Positions 17,931-27,375 of a DNA stretch of 35,384 bases are shown here, one piece after another; within the stretch, counting starts at the first letter, position 1; every line of letters begins with the position of its first letter. The position numbers and the translations under genes were made by a program. Under the pieces are notes generated by a model. It had not been told where the DNA came from and ran no database searches. It was given only the letters and a program-made list of their open reading frames with translations. This DNA is from Candidatus Coprovivens sp. (GTDB lineage Bacteria; Bacillota_I; Bacilli_A; RF39; UBA660), in contig JBJFGS010000034.1 in NCBI GenBank assembly GCA_051892935.1, forward strand, positions 10,710-46,093. The letters run 5' to 3'.

Positions 17931-18644
17931 TTAGTTTCTTTTTAAAGTATTTAAGTATTCTTTCTGTTCTTTACTTATACGATAAGAATCTTTTATTTTA
18001 CTAATTGATTTATTATGAGTAAAATTATTTAATTTGTTATTTTTCAAGAATGGTTCTGTAAAGTTAGGATACTTAATATATAATTCACAGACTAACCAAG
18101 CTTCGGCCATATTAATATAATATTTATCACTATTAATAGAATTTAGGATATTAAATATATCTTTTATATATTCTTCTTTAATAAAGAAATTTAGTATTAT
18201 AATTAATCCTACTCTTGATATAAATTCTTCTTCTGATAAAGATAGTTCTTTACATAAATTGAAATATTTGGTTGGATTATTATTTACTATATTTAAACCA
18301 TTGCAGAAAGAATCACAAATAGCCCAATTATCTATTTTAGTAATATATTTTTTAAAATATTCTAAAAAAATAGTTTCATCTTTTATATTAGAGATTACTA
18401 ATAAACTAATTAAGACTTCTTCATAATATGTAAATGTACATAAATTTAGAAATTCTTGATAATTAGTTTTAGATATTTTTTTAGATATTTTTCTTTGAAT
18501 GGGTAATCTAATACCTAGTATTTGATATTTAGTAGAACATATTTTACTATGAAATTCCTTATATTCTTTCTCAGAAATATTTTTTAAATATTTTAGATAT
18601 TCTTGATATGTTGTTTTATTCCAATTAGTTGGTATTTCATACAT
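17931..18644 (-). CDS. DNA alkylation repair protein (AlkD-like HEAT-repeat glycosylase family)
   Basis: LGIRLP, YYEE, IDNWAICDSF, EEFISR, YYINMAEAW, KIKDSYR. Start set to ATG 18644 behind RBS AGGTGA. Confidence 0.85.
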   Translation of the reverse strand: MYEIPTNWNKTTYQEYLKYLKNISEKEYKEFHSKICSTKYQILGIRLPIQRKISKKISKTNYQEFLNLCTFTYYEEVLISLLVISNIKDETIFLEYFKKYITKIDNWAICDSFCNGLNIVNNNPTKYFNLCKELSLSEEEFISRVGLIIILNFFIKEEYIKDIFNILNSINSDKYYINMAEAWLVCELYIKYPNFTEPFLKNNKLNNFTHNKSISKIKDSYRISKEQKEYLNTLKRN

Positions 18645-18701
18645 TGTTATCACCTAATAGTCATTATAAACTATAATATGTAATTTTACTATTTTTTTAC
18701 A

Positions 18702-18730
18702 TTGCAATATAAAAGATTATCTTATATAAT
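18702..18730 (+). promoter_or_regulatory. SigA promoter of the Y-family polymerase operon
   Basis: TTGCAA (18702-18707), 17 nt, TATAAT (18725-18730); the ORF track's TTG start is this -35 box. Confidence 0.75.
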
Positions 18731-18737
18731 TTATATA

Positions 18738-18749
18738 GAACTAATGTTT
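18738..18749 (+). promoter_or_regulatory. LexA (Cheo) SOS box
   Basis: GAAC-TAAT-GTTT, one mismatch to GAAC-N4-GTTC, located at the predicted +1 of the polymerase operon. Confidence 0.7.
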
Positions 18750-18764
18750 GCTATGGTGATTGTT

Positions 18765-20033
18765 ATGAATAATGAAATGTATCCTGAAAGAAATATCCTT
18801 AGTATTGATTTAAAGAGTTTTTTTGCTTCATGTGAATGTGTAGAAAGAAATCTTGATCCCTTTACTACTCCACTAGTTGTAGCTAATCCTAAACAAGGAG
18901 ATGGTGCTATTACTTTGGCTGTTACTCCTTATCTTAAGAAAAAAGGGATAAAATCGAGAGGAAGAATTTATGAAATTCCTAAAACAATTGCATATGCTAT
19001 TGTTCCACCAAGGATGAGTATGTATATACAATATAGTGAAAAAGTTATTTCAGTTTATTTAGATTATGTAGCAAGAGAAGATATACATGTTTATTCTATT
19101 GATGAATGTTTTTTAGATGTTACATCCTATTTAAAATTATATAAAAAAACTGATTATGAACTGGCGGAAGAAATTTTAAGTGAAATTACTAAAAGGACTG
19201 GACTTACAGCTACTTGTGGGATTGGACCTAATATATTATTAGCTAAGATTGCTATGGATGTAGAAGCTAAAAAGTTTAAAAATGGTATTGCTAAATGGGA
19301 ATATAAAGATATTCCAGCTAAGTTATGGACGATAAAACCTCTTTCTAAAATGTGGGGAATTGGTCCAAGAATGGAAAAAAGACTTAATCAATTTGGAATT
19401 TACTCTGTTGGAGATTTAGCAAAATATGATGTTAATAGATTAAAAGATAAATATGGAGTTATGGGGGTTGAATTATGGGAACATGCTAATGGAATAGATT
19501 TATCTAAAATAAGTGATTTATCTAATTATAAACCAAAAGACAAATCGTATTCTAATAGTCAAGTTCTATTTAAAGATTATTATGGTGATAATGTTAGAAT
19601 TATTATTCAAGAAATGGTAGATATGGTTAGTAAAAGATTAAGATTAAGTAATAAACAAACTTCAGTAATTGGTTTAGCTATTGGGTATTCAAAAAGTTAT
19701 GGTGGAGGTTTTTATCATGTAATGAAGTTAGATACTCCAAGTGACAATAATAAACTAATAATGGAATGTTGTATGTTACTATTTGATAGATATTATACTG
19801 GTTTACCGATTAGAAAAGTTGGAGTTAGTGTGGGAAGATTGAGTAATAAGGATTCTCTTCAACTTAATTTATTTGAAGATTTTGAAAAAATAAAACAAGA
19901 AGAAAAGAAAGAAAAAACAATTGATGAAATAACTAATATATTTGGGAAAAATAGTCTATTAAAAGCTTCTTCTTTACTAGAAGATTCAACTGTTAGAGAT
20001 AGAAATAAAAAAATAGGAGGTCATAGCGCATGA
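18765..20033 (+). CDS. Y-family DNA polymerase (UmuC/UvrX/YqjW-like, PolY2 type)
   Basis: IDLKSFFASCE, PPRM..Y, YSIDECFLD, GIGPNILLAK, WGIGPRM, beta-clamp motif QLNLF, C-terminal IGGH typical of YqjW/UvrX. Start ATG 18765 behind GGTGA. Confidence 0.93.
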   Translation: MNNEMYPERNILSIDLKSFFASCECVERNLDPFTTPLVVANPKQGDGAITLAVTPYLKKKGIKSRGRIYEIPKTIAYAIVPPRMSMYIQYSEKVISVYLDYVAREDIHVYSIDECFLDVTSYLKLYKKTDYELAEEILSEITKRTGLTATCGIGPNILLAKIAMDVEAKKFKNGIAKWEYKDIPAKLWTIKPLSKMWGIGPRMEKRLNQFGIYSVGDLAKYDVNRLKDKYGVMGVELWEHANGIDLSKISDLSNYKPKDKSYSNSQVLFKDYYGDNVRIIIQEMVDMVSKRLRLSNKQTSVIGLAIGYSKSYGGGFYHVMKLDTPSDNNKLIMECCMLLFDRYYTGLPIRKVGVSVGRLSNKDSLQLNLFEDFEKIKQEEKKEKTIDEITNIFGKNSLLKASSLLEDSTVRDRNKKIGGHSA

Positions 20034-20329
20034 ATTCAAAATGGAATCCATTTAATGCTTTAACATCTGGTGAATATATGATTAATGATATATTAAAAGA
20101 AAAAAATAAAGTAAAGATGCCAATATTATCTGATGATCAAAAACAAGAACTACAAGAAAGGATGTTTGAAGCTTTTAATAATCAAGAAGTAATAAAAATA
20201 AAATATTATAAAGATGGTAATATATATATAAAAGATGGTAAAATTACTAATATTGACAAAAATAATAGAAAAATCATAATAAATCATACTGATTATCTAT
20301 TTTTTTCACAAATTATCAACTTTTTTTAA
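20030..20329 (+). CDS. YolD-like protein (accessory to Y-family polymerase)
   Basis: KWNPFNAL, KMPILSDDQ, IKYYKDG...GKI..ID; ATGA overlap with the polymerase. Confidence 0.85.
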   Translation: MNSKWNPFNALTSGEYMINDILKEKNKVKMPILSDDQKQELQERMFEAFNNQEVIKIKYYKDGNIYIKDGKITNIDKNNRKIIINHTDYLFFSQIINFF

Positions 20330-20338
20330 AAAAAGTGC

Positions 20339-20367
20339 TTGCAACACAAGAGAATATATGTTATTAT
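20339..20367 (+). promoter_or_regulatory. SigA promoter of tRNA-Ala
   Basis: TTGCAA, 17 nt, TATTAT with extended -10 TG. Confidence 0.65.
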
Positions 20368-20379
20368 GGTTATGTTCTC

Positions 20380-20456
20380 GGGGGATTAGCTCAGTTGGCT
20401 AGAGCACCTGCCTTGCACGCAGGGGGTCGCGGGTTCGAGTCCCACATCCTCCACCA
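20380..20456 (+). tRNA. tRNA-Ala (anticodon UGC)
   Basis: Acceptor GGGGGAT/ATCCTCC with G3:U70, D-arm GCTC/GAGC, anticodon arm CCTGC-CTTGCAC-GCAGG, TTCGAGT T-loop, encoded ACCA. Confidence 0.98.
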
Positions 20457-20466
20457 TTGAGAATTC

Positions 20467-20489
20467 AACCACAGTAATGTGGTTTTTTT
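20467..20489 (+). terminator. Intrinsic terminator after tRNA-Ala
   Basis: AACCACA-GTAA-TGTGGTT hairpin followed by a T-run. Confidence 0.8.
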
Positions 20490-20541
20490 GTTTTTTAATA
20501 AAAATTATGTTATCATATTTATCACTTTTGGGGTGACTATT

Positions 20542-21240
20542 ATGATAGATAAAAAAACTGTTGATAAATTTTGGAAGAGACATGCTAGATTAATGAAAAT
20601 CGGGTTTAAATTAGGACTAGTTCGTGGATATGGTGAAGGACTTATAGAAAATTTAAGAGATGTATATTATGGAGGTATTCCTGCTTCTATTCTTCTTCTA
20701 AATCCACGTAGTTGTAGAGGTAAATGTTATGATCGAGCTATTCTTGCATGTTTTGCTTTTAAAGATATAGAATATCAGGTTGTTCATGCTAATGTAGATA
20801 CTATTAGATATAATAGAAAAGTTGTTGAAGCAGTAAACTATTATTTATCTAGGGGCGAAGCTGTTAGTGATAAATATCCTAATCATTGTTTTGTAGAATT
20901 TAAAATAAATGGTGTTACTTGGGTAATTGATACAACAGATGCTTTGATATATGAAAAACACTTTTATTATTTAATTAATAATCCTGAAATTAATTTAATT
21001 AATACTAAAGAAGAAACAATGACATTTCCTGATTATGTTGATATTTTAAATGCTGATATAGAAAGAGATAAGTGGGCTTCTATATTACTCTTACCTATTA
21101 TTGAACAACAAATTAAAAAAGATTCATTATACAAAGAAACGGCTAGAAGAGAAATAGAGATATTTAAAGAGAAAATTCATTTTGATGATTTAGCTATTCA
21201 ATATGAAAATGAGAAAAATGAATTTTTTGGGAGAAAGTAA
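20542..21240 (+). CDS. Hypothetical protein, transglutaminase/papain-like Cys-His-Asp fold
   Basis: GKCYDRA...NHCFVE...WVIDTT in canonical order; start set to ATG 20542 behind GGGGTGA (track start 20479 overlaps the tRNA terminator). Confidence 0.65.
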   Translation: MIDKKTVDKFWKRHARLMKIGFKLGLVRGYGEGLIENLRDVYYGGIPASILLLNPRSCRGKCYDRAILACFAFKDIEYQVVHANVDTIRYNRKVVEAVNYYLSRGEAVSDKYPNHCFVEFKINGVTWVIDTTDALIYEKHFYYLINNPEINLINTKEETMTFPDYVDILNADIERDKWASILLLPIIEQQIKKDSLYKETARREIEIFKEKIHFDDLAIQYENEKNEFFGRK

Positions 21241-21295
21241 AATATTCTTGGTTTTTATAAAATATTTGTATATAATATAGTCTTAGGTGATAACT

Positions 21296-22087
21296 ATGAG
21301 TAAAAATGATGATAAAGCTTTATTAGTCGAAAGTATTGAAGATATGAAAGATGGACAATTTGAGGAAATGTTTTTAGTATCTTTTTATAGTTTATCTTCT
21401 TATTTTAAGTCTTTATTTACTTTTGGATTTAAGAGTGATATTACAAAAGATAATTTGAATATTATAAAAGAAATGTTTAATATTTTGAAAACGGAAAGAA
21501 TTCTTTTTAATTTTATTATAAAAAATATAGATAAGTTTAACTTAGATTCTGTACAAGATGTAGTAGACTCTATGGATGAGGTAAATGATAAAACTATACA
21601 ATATTATTATCATGTAATTGATGATATTCTTGATGCAGTTTTAATGAAAGAAGAAAGACGTGGAATAAGACCTAAGAAGAATTTCCCTACTCTAATTCAA
21701 ACTGATTCTTATACTAATCAAGTTTTAGCTTTAGCAGAAAATAGAGATAATCTTAAAGAATTTTTAGGATTTGAAGAAGAATTTTGGTCTTATATTAAAG
21801 ATATTGAATATAGTATAGAAGTTCCTCTTAATATAGCTGAAGAAATGACTTATGTAACCGCTATATTAGATGAAAATAGAAATGTGGCTGGAATAAAAAT
21901 GTTAATTCCTGAAGTTATAGATTTAGGTACTGCCTTATTAGCTATTAAACTTTATCATAGAGCTTATGACTTGTATAAAATGATTGGAAAAGAATATGAT
22001 AATCAACAAAATTACGACTATATAGAATCTCAAGATAGATATCAGAATAGATATTTATTAAGAAAAGGTCAAAGTCTATTCTCTTAG
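21296..22087 (+). CDS. Hypothetical cytoplasmic protein
   Basis: Long ORF with RBS AGGTGA before ATG 21296; no family recognised. Confidence 0.65.
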   Translation: MSKNDDKALLVESIEDMKDGQFEEMFLVSFYSLSSYFKSLFTFGFKSDITKDNLNIIKEMFNILKTERILFNFIIKNIDKFNLDSVQDVVDSMDEVNDKTIQYYYHVIDDILDAVLMKEERRGIRPKKNFPTLIQTDSYTNQVLALAENRDNLKEFLGFEEEFWSYIKDIEYSIEVPLNIAEEMTYVTAILDENRNVAGIKMLIPEVIDLGTALLAIKLYHRAYDLYKMIGKEYDNQQNYDYIESQDRYQNRYLLRKGQSLFS

Positions 22088-22100
22088 GAAATTTTGTATA

Positions 22101-22136
22101 TAAAAATCTACACTATTAGTTGGTGTAGATTTTTTA
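22101..22136. terminator. Bidirectional intrinsic terminator between convergent genes
   Basis: AAAAATCTACAC / GTGTAGATTTTT inverted repeat. Confidence 0.8.
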
Positions 22137-22137
22137 A

Positions 22138-24258
22138 TTAATCAAGCCATTTGATTTTTCTTATATTTCTTATTGTAAGAAATATTCCTAAAGTTATAAT
22201 AATAAAGCAACATATAATTGCTATGTCTTTGGTATTAGGATTTTCTGGAACGAATGTTGCTTTTATTGTTACATCTGATGAAGGCATTGTAAAGGTATTA
22301 TCTGTAAATGTTAAGGTATTGCCATTAGCATCTATTACTTTTACTTCGCTTAGAATAAATCCTTCTTTGGGAGTAATTGTGAACATTATTTCTTCGCCAC
22401 TTTCAGCTTTAATCTTTTTAGTTGAGATTGTACCATTACCATCAGTTTTAGTTTCTATATTAAATGGGCTTTCGTAGTATTCAAATATACTACTATCTCC
22501 ATAACCATAAACTCCCATGTCATAGAAGAAAATACCTGATTGTACAAGTTTTACCAAAGTATCTTCTATTGGTTCAGAAATATTAACATCTTTTAAGCCT
22601 TGTGGTTCTGAATGACATGTGTAAGTATATACTACAAGCATATGACCATTTTGATAAATTACATCTTCTATAACATAATCAGAAGTGTTTTTAGAAATAA
22701 TTTCTGCTACTTCATTAAATTCATAATCATAAAAGCGAACTTTACTAGTTTCATCTAGTGAACTTCCTATTATAATGTATTCATCTGTTATATCAAGAGT
22801 AATATTATTGTAATAGAAATATTCATCTTTATAATTTTCAATTTCTCTTTCTTTATCAATTATGATGTCTTTAGAAACACCAGATTCATCTAAAGCAATT
22901 ATTTCTGATGATATATAGCTTTTCCATTTGTTATTGTTGTATATTTCTTTATTCCATATTACACCGATTATTATTTCTTTTTTTTCTTCATTGTAATATG
23001 AATCAAAATCAAAATCTAAATATACCTTATTTTGGCCATATAAATCTTCTAGTTCTGATTCTTTTTTATTTTCTAAACTTTTTAAGTATTGATAAGCATT
23101 GTTTAGTGCTTTAAATTGAGGGCTTTCTTCTGGAGCTTTTTTATTTTCGTATGGTAGAGCAAGTTTTGAATTATACATTAAAGATGAAGATGATTCTGTA
23201 AATGTTAGATTTGTATCTATTTGGTAGTACTCTACGTTATTAACATTATATTCTGTGAAAATACCATTTTCATTTTTATATATTCCATATAAGCTAGCGG
23301 AATATGTATAGTTACTTTGTGGTAGTGTTATTTCAGTAGATTTTATAAGATTTAAATTATAATCGTATAAAGAGAAAACTATTAATCTGTTATATTTTGA
23401 AGTCGTAGAATCATAATTATAATATTCTGCTCCAACGTAGATATATCCATCTTTTATTTGGAAATAACAGTTCTTTTGTGTATAATTGTTGTAATTTGTT
23501 GAGACTGATTTTTTTATATTTCCGTTTCTATCATATATAATCAAATTCTTATTATAATTATCATATAAAAAGTAGTCATCATTTTCTAACGTATTAAGGG
23601 GATTGATATTATATTTACTATCAAGATAGTAATAATTAGAGTAACGGTCTTTATAGATTTTTTTTTCTAAATTATATATATCCTCTCCTGTAACTTTCAA
23701 GCTGTGTTCACTATTTTTTTCAAGTGTATCTTTTGATAACAATGTGCATTTTAGGTAATATTCATTTGAATCGTTGTAACCTTGTGTAATAACTACTAAG
23801 TTATCATTTTCAAGATACATTTGATAACCATATTCATTATAAAGTTTGAACGATTTTTTTAAAGATAGATTGTAATCGTATTGTTCAATTACAACTTTAT
23901 CATTCTTATTTCCCATTATATAAAGATAGTTTTCTGTTTCAACATATTGAAGATCTTCATATTTTAATTGTTTTACTACGCCATCTGTTCTACTATATTT
24001 TGTTATTGTGTATTTATCAATTACTATATAATGATTATCTTGTTCTATTATTTTACTATTATTAAAATAATAATAGTTTTCTTCTTCTAAATAAAATTTA
24101 AATAAGTTTGGATCTTTTTCTAATAAATAATTTTTGGTGTATCCTATATAATTGTTTTCTTCTGTCCATTTTAATTTTAAATCTTCTAAGTTGGAGGCAC
24201 TTACTAAATATGGGACAAAAAGTGTAATAAGTAGCGTTAACAATAAACTTTTTTTCAT
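22138..24258 (-). CDS. Surface protein, Tyr/Asn-rich beta-repeat N-terminus, InlB-B-like stalk, NPNT anchor
   Basis: Signal peptide ending VSA; repeated YDYNL-type motifs; stalk GNGTI..GEEIMFTITPKEGFILSEVKV..FTMPSSDVTIKATF; ENPNTKD + TM + RNIRKIK. Confidence 0.8.
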   Translation of the reverse strand: MKKSLLLTLLITLFVPYLVSASNLEDLKLKWTEENNYIGYTKNYLLEKDPNLFKFYLEEENYYYFNNSKIIEQDNHYIVIDKYTITKYSRTDGVVKQLKYEDLQYVETENYLYIMGNKNDKVVIEQYDYNLSLKKSFKLYNEYGYQMYLENDNLVVITQGYNDSNEYYLKCTLLSKDTLEKNSEHSLKVTGEDIYNLEKKIYKDRYSNYYYLDSKYNINPLNTLENDDYFLYDNYNKNLIIYDRNGNIKKSVSTNYNNYTQKNCYFQIKDGYIYVGAEYYNYDSTTSKYNRLIVFSLYDYNLNLIKSTEITLPQSNYTYSASLYGIYKNENGIFTEYNVNNVEYYQIDTNLTFTESSSSLMYNSKLALPYENKKAPEESPQFKALNNAYQYLKSLENKKESELEDLYGQNKVYLDFDFDSYYNEEKKEIIIGVIWNKEIYNNNKWKSYISSEIIALDESGVSKDIIIDKEREIENYKDEYFYYNNITLDITDEYIIIGSSLDETSKVRFYDYEFNEVAEIISKNTSDYVIEDVIYQNGHMLVVYTYTCHSEPQGLKDVNISEPIEDTLVKLVQSGIFFYDMGVYGYGDSSIFEYYESPFNIETKTDGNGTISTKKIKAESGEEIMFTITPKEGFILSEVKVIDANGNTLTFTDNTFTMPSSDVTIKATFVPENPNTKDIAIICCFIIITLGIFLTIRNIRKIKWLD
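22252..22367. repeat. Dispersed direct repeat copy 1 (114/116 identical to 24459-24574)
   Basis: 64-nt and 46-nt identical blocks; weaker similarity extends over about 22150-22390 versus 24357-24597. Confidence 0.9.
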
Positions 24259-24313
24259 AATTCTACTCCTCTATTATAGATAAATTGTATCATCTTTATA
24301 TTTGTTGTACAAC

Positions 24314-24342
24314 AAAAAAAGGTTTAATTCATAAACCTTTTT
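24314..24342 (-). terminator. Probable intrinsic terminator
   Basis: AAAAAGGTTTA / TAAACCTTTTT hairpin with U-tract. Confidence 0.65.
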
Positions 24343-24344
24343 AA

Positions 24345-25754
24345 TTATTTAAGATATTTGATTTTTCTTACATTTCTTATTGTTAGAAATACTCCTAAAG
24401 CTACGATGATAATGCAGCATATAATTGCTATATCTTTAGTATTAGGGTTTTCTGGAATGAATGTTGCTTTTATTGTTACATCTGATGAAGGCATTGTAAA
24501 GGTATTATCTGTAAATGTTAAGATATTACCATTAGCATCTATTACTTTTACTTCGCTTAGAATAAATCCTTCTTCAGGTGTAATAGTAAATATTACTTCA
24601 TCTCCAGCTGATGTTTTATAAGTTGATACTTCTATTGCGCCTTTTCCATCTATTTTAGTTTTTATAAAATATTTAACATTGTATCTAATTAAATAACTTG
24701 AGAACACATTATTTTCATCGTAAGCAAATGCTTGAGCTAAAATGTAGCCGTTGAATGGTAAAAAATGAGTTACATCTGCTCTTGTTGTACCTATTTCTGA
24801 AGCAACATCATGTGTTTCTACTAGATTTCCATCTTTATCATATATGTATATATAACTTTCTACTGTATTTGGATTTCTTTCATATCCAATTTCTACTGTA
24901 TCTTTGTAAGCAACTACACCAATATATTCACTACTTGATGCGGTTGCATCGAAGTAATGGTATCCTTCTTCACTCTTTTTTAACCATTGAACTTTTTTAT
25001 CCATGTCTATTTTTAAGACAAAGCCATGTGTTACACCATCTTGTTCAACATCTCCTACTGCATATAAAGCATCTCCAGAATAAAATTGATTACTAATATA
25101 TATATAGTCATATTCTTCTGGGAAGATATCATTCCATTCTTCAGATAATAATGGTGTTCTATTATCTGTTATTGAATCTAAAAATTCTAGTTCAGTTTTT
25201 GTTAAGTTAGAATATTTTTTTACTTTATAGTCCTGAAGAAGTGGTTCTGTTGTATATAACTTTGATGCTCCATAACTATTTGTATCTTCATTGTATGCAT
25301 ATGTTATGACATATATTTTACCTTCGTTTACATAGATTTCACCATCATATACAGTGTCATTAGTTTCTAAATATAGCCATTCATCTATAGTCCCATCATT
25401 AAGTATTTTACATATATATATGTCACCATAGTATGAGCCATTATTGGCAAATACTAGGCCATAATAGTAGTTTTCATCTTGATTTATAGATAAATATAAG
25501 CCCCAATTATTCTTTTCTTCCCAAATAATTGTTTTTCCATCTTTAGATATTTTTCTCATAATTCCTAGGTAATCTTGAGTTATAGAAGTTGTTACATATC
25601 CATCAGTTGTTTCCATTGTTTCATCATAGAAAAGATAGTTTGATGTTGGTCCTTGTTTAATAGACCAGTCATATGTAATCCACTCTTTTTCAGCATTTAT
25701 TGTTAAGATTGCACCGAAGAATAACAATAAAGCAAATAGTATTTTCTTTTTCAT
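24345..25754 (-). CDS. Surface protein, probable beta-propeller, InlB-B-like stalk, NPNT anchor
   Basis: Signal peptide ending INA; KISKDGKTIIW, KIDMDKKVQW and YDKDGNLV blade-like motifs; same stalk; ENPNTKD + TM + basic tail. Confidence 0.8.
   Translation of the reverse strand: MKKKILFALLLFFGAILTINAEKEWITYDWSIKQGPTSNYLFYDETMETTDGYVTTSITQDYLGIMRKISKDGKTIIWEEKNNWGLYLSINQDENYYYGLVFANNGSYYGDIYICKILNDGTIDEWLYLETNDTVYDGEIYVNEGKIYVITYAYNEDTNSYGASKLYTTEPLLQDYKVKKYSNLTKTELEFLDSITDNRTPLLSEEWNDIFPEEYDYIYISNQFYSGDALYAVGDVEQDGVTHGFVLKIDMDKKVQWLKKSEEGYHYFDATASSSEYIGVVAYKDTVEIGYERNPNTVESYIYIYDKDGNLVETHDVASEIGTTRADVTHFLPFNGYILAQAFAYDENNVFSSYLIRYNVKYFIKTKIDGKGAIEVSTYKTSAGDEVIFTITPEEGFILSEVKVIDANGNILTFTDNTFTMPSSDVTIKATFIPENPNTKDIAIICCIIIVALGVFLTIRNVRKIKYLK
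24459..24574. repeat. Dispersed direct repeat copy 2 (114/116 identical to 22252-22367)
   Basis: Direct alignment by eye; offset 2207 bp. Confidence 0.9.
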
Positions 25755-25789
25755 TTTTACACTTCTCTTTCTTTAATTTTTCTATCTTA

Positions 25790-27274
25790 TTATTTTAACC
25801 AAATTAGTTTTCTTATACTATAAATTGTTCCAATTAAACCTAATACGATTATTATTATGCATGATATAACTGCGACATCTGTTGTATCGGGATTTGTTTC
25901 ATCTTTTATAAAGATAGCTTCAATGGTTACGTTTGATGATGGCATTGTAAATGTGTAGTCCTTGAATGTTACTATATTGCCATTTGCATCTGTTACTTTT
26001 ACCGCACTTAATTTATAACCTTTTTCTGGAGTTATTGTAAATGTAATGTTTGTGTTGGCTGATGCTTTATCTTGAGAAATTGTTATTGTTCCATTTCCTA
26101 ATATTTTAGTATTAATATCATAAATAAAATCCTCTGTATCAAAAACTATTAATATATCATCTTGATATGTTGTACCATTTTCAAAACTTGATCCAACGTA
26201 TACGTATCCGTTTTTTGATACATAGTCCATTCCATATAACCAAGTTGCATCTTTTCCTTCAATTGTTTCTTCGGATACGATATTTCCTTTATCATCATAT
26301 GTTATAACTAATGCATCACTTACGAGTTCACCTGATTTATCAGTCTTTTTACCACCTGTTACTATATAATTTCCATCTTCATTAATATTAATTGCATTAA
26401 ATGCTGCTTTTGGTTCTTCATAATCTTTGTTCCATACTATATTTCCTGTTTTATCAAGTTTAGTTATAAATGCAGTTCTTTCGTCATTCTCATTATAATA
26501 AGAACCTACTATTATTACTTCACCATTTGGATTTTCTATGGCATCATTTATATATCTGTATCTTTCACAATTAATTGACCATTCTATATTAATGTCTTTA
26601 TCTACAGAATAAAATGTACCTTGTTGAGTATAATTACCTATAAGATAGCCGTTTGTTTTTTTAGCTTTAATAAATAGTATTTCGGCATTTCCAAGTGTTG
26701 TCTGATTAAGTATACTACCTGTTTCATCTATGTTTACAATATATCCATTTTGTGATGATGATATATAGCCACCACCTATTATATATGAATTATCTGGTGT
26801 TTTTTCTATTGTATTAAAATAAGTTTCGGCATTTTCTCCATAAGTTTTTTGCCATAATATTTTTCCGTTATTATCATATTTTACAGCAACTGCTTTACAA
26901 CGATCAACTATATCTAATCCTTCTATATCAGTTGAACAAGTTTCTCCAACAGCTATGTATCCACCATCTTCAGTTGCGATTGCTTCTCTTAGTGCATCGT
27001 AATCATTACCTCCAAAGGTGTTTTTCCATAGTATTTCGCCATTTTTGTCATATTTTATTATGTATCCATCATAATCTCCGTGATTTTCAAAACCATCAAT
27101 GTCAGTACTATCGAATTCACCAACTACTAAAAAACTTCCATCTGATTCTAGTACTGCAGAATTTCCATATTCATCTTTACTGCCTTCTATTGTAATTGTA
27201 TTTCTTTCTGCATTTGCTATAGTAGTGCACAAAAATATTATGATTAATGCAAATAATACTTTTTTTATTTTCAT
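25790..27274 (-). CDS. Surface beta-propeller protein with InlB-B-like stalk and NPDT anchor
   Basis: Signal peptide ending ANA; about 7 blades of pattern DGgyivvG...KyD.nG.i.W.k.yG; stalk FTITPEKGYKLSAVKV..FTMPSSNVTIEAIF; TNPDTTD + TM + RK. Confidence 0.85.
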   Translation of the reverse strand: MKIKKVLFALIIIFLCTTIANAERNTITIEGSKDEYGNSAVLESDGSFLVVGEFDSTDIDGFENHGDYDGYIIKYDKNGEILWKNTFGGNDYDALREAIATEDGGYIAVGETCSTDIEGLDIVDRCKAVAVKYDNNGKILWQKTYGENAETYFNTIEKTPDNSYIIGGGYISSSQNGYIVNIDETGSILNQTTLGNAEILFIKAKKTNGYLIGNYTQQGTFYSVDKDINIEWSINCERYRYINDAIENPNGEVIIVGSYYNENDERTAFITKLDKTGNIVWNKDYEEPKAAFNAININEDGNYIVTGGKKTDKSGELVSDALVITYDDKGNIVSEETIEGKDATWLYGMDYVSKNGYVYVGSSFENGTTYQDDILIVFDTEDFIYDINTKILGNGTITISQDKASANTNITFTITPEKGYKLSAVKVTDANGNIVTFKDYTFTMPSSNVTIEAIFIKDETNPDTTDVAVISCIIIIVLGLIGTIYSIRKLIWLK

Positions 27275-27329
27275 TATATTTCTCCTATTCTATGGAAATT
27301 ATATCATTTTATTTTTTTTATTTCAAATG

Positions 27330-27355
27330 AAAAAAGCAACTTTTGATAGTTGCTT
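27330..27355 (-). terminator. Intrinsic terminator; 25/26 identical to the rpoC terminator
   Basis: AAAAAAGCAACTTTTGATAGTTGCTT hairpin (AAGCAACT/AGTTGCTT) with U-tract on the minus strand. Confidence 0.75.
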
Positions 27356-27375
27356 CTATTGTATATAAATTGCTT

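Noticed and set aside
20429-20445. C-A mismatch in the tRNA T-stem suggesting a pseudo-tRNA
   Set aside because: All other elements, CCA, promoter and terminator are intact; single mismatches are tolerated.
20386-20583. Minus-strand 65-aa ORF
   Set aside because: Antisense to tRNA-Ala; a classic spurious translation (MVEDVGLEPAT...).
21880-21980. Degenerate zincin motif in 21296..22087 (LLAIKLYHRAY)
   Set aside because: No HExxH; resemblance too weak to support.
20380-22137. Genomic island integrated at tRNA-Ala
   Set aside because: No integrase and no duplicated tRNA 3' end seen in the window.
22150-24600. Diversity-generating retroelement TR/VR pair
   Set aside because: Mismatches are mixed transitions in both directions, not adenine-specific; both copies are coding and no reverse transcriptase is present.
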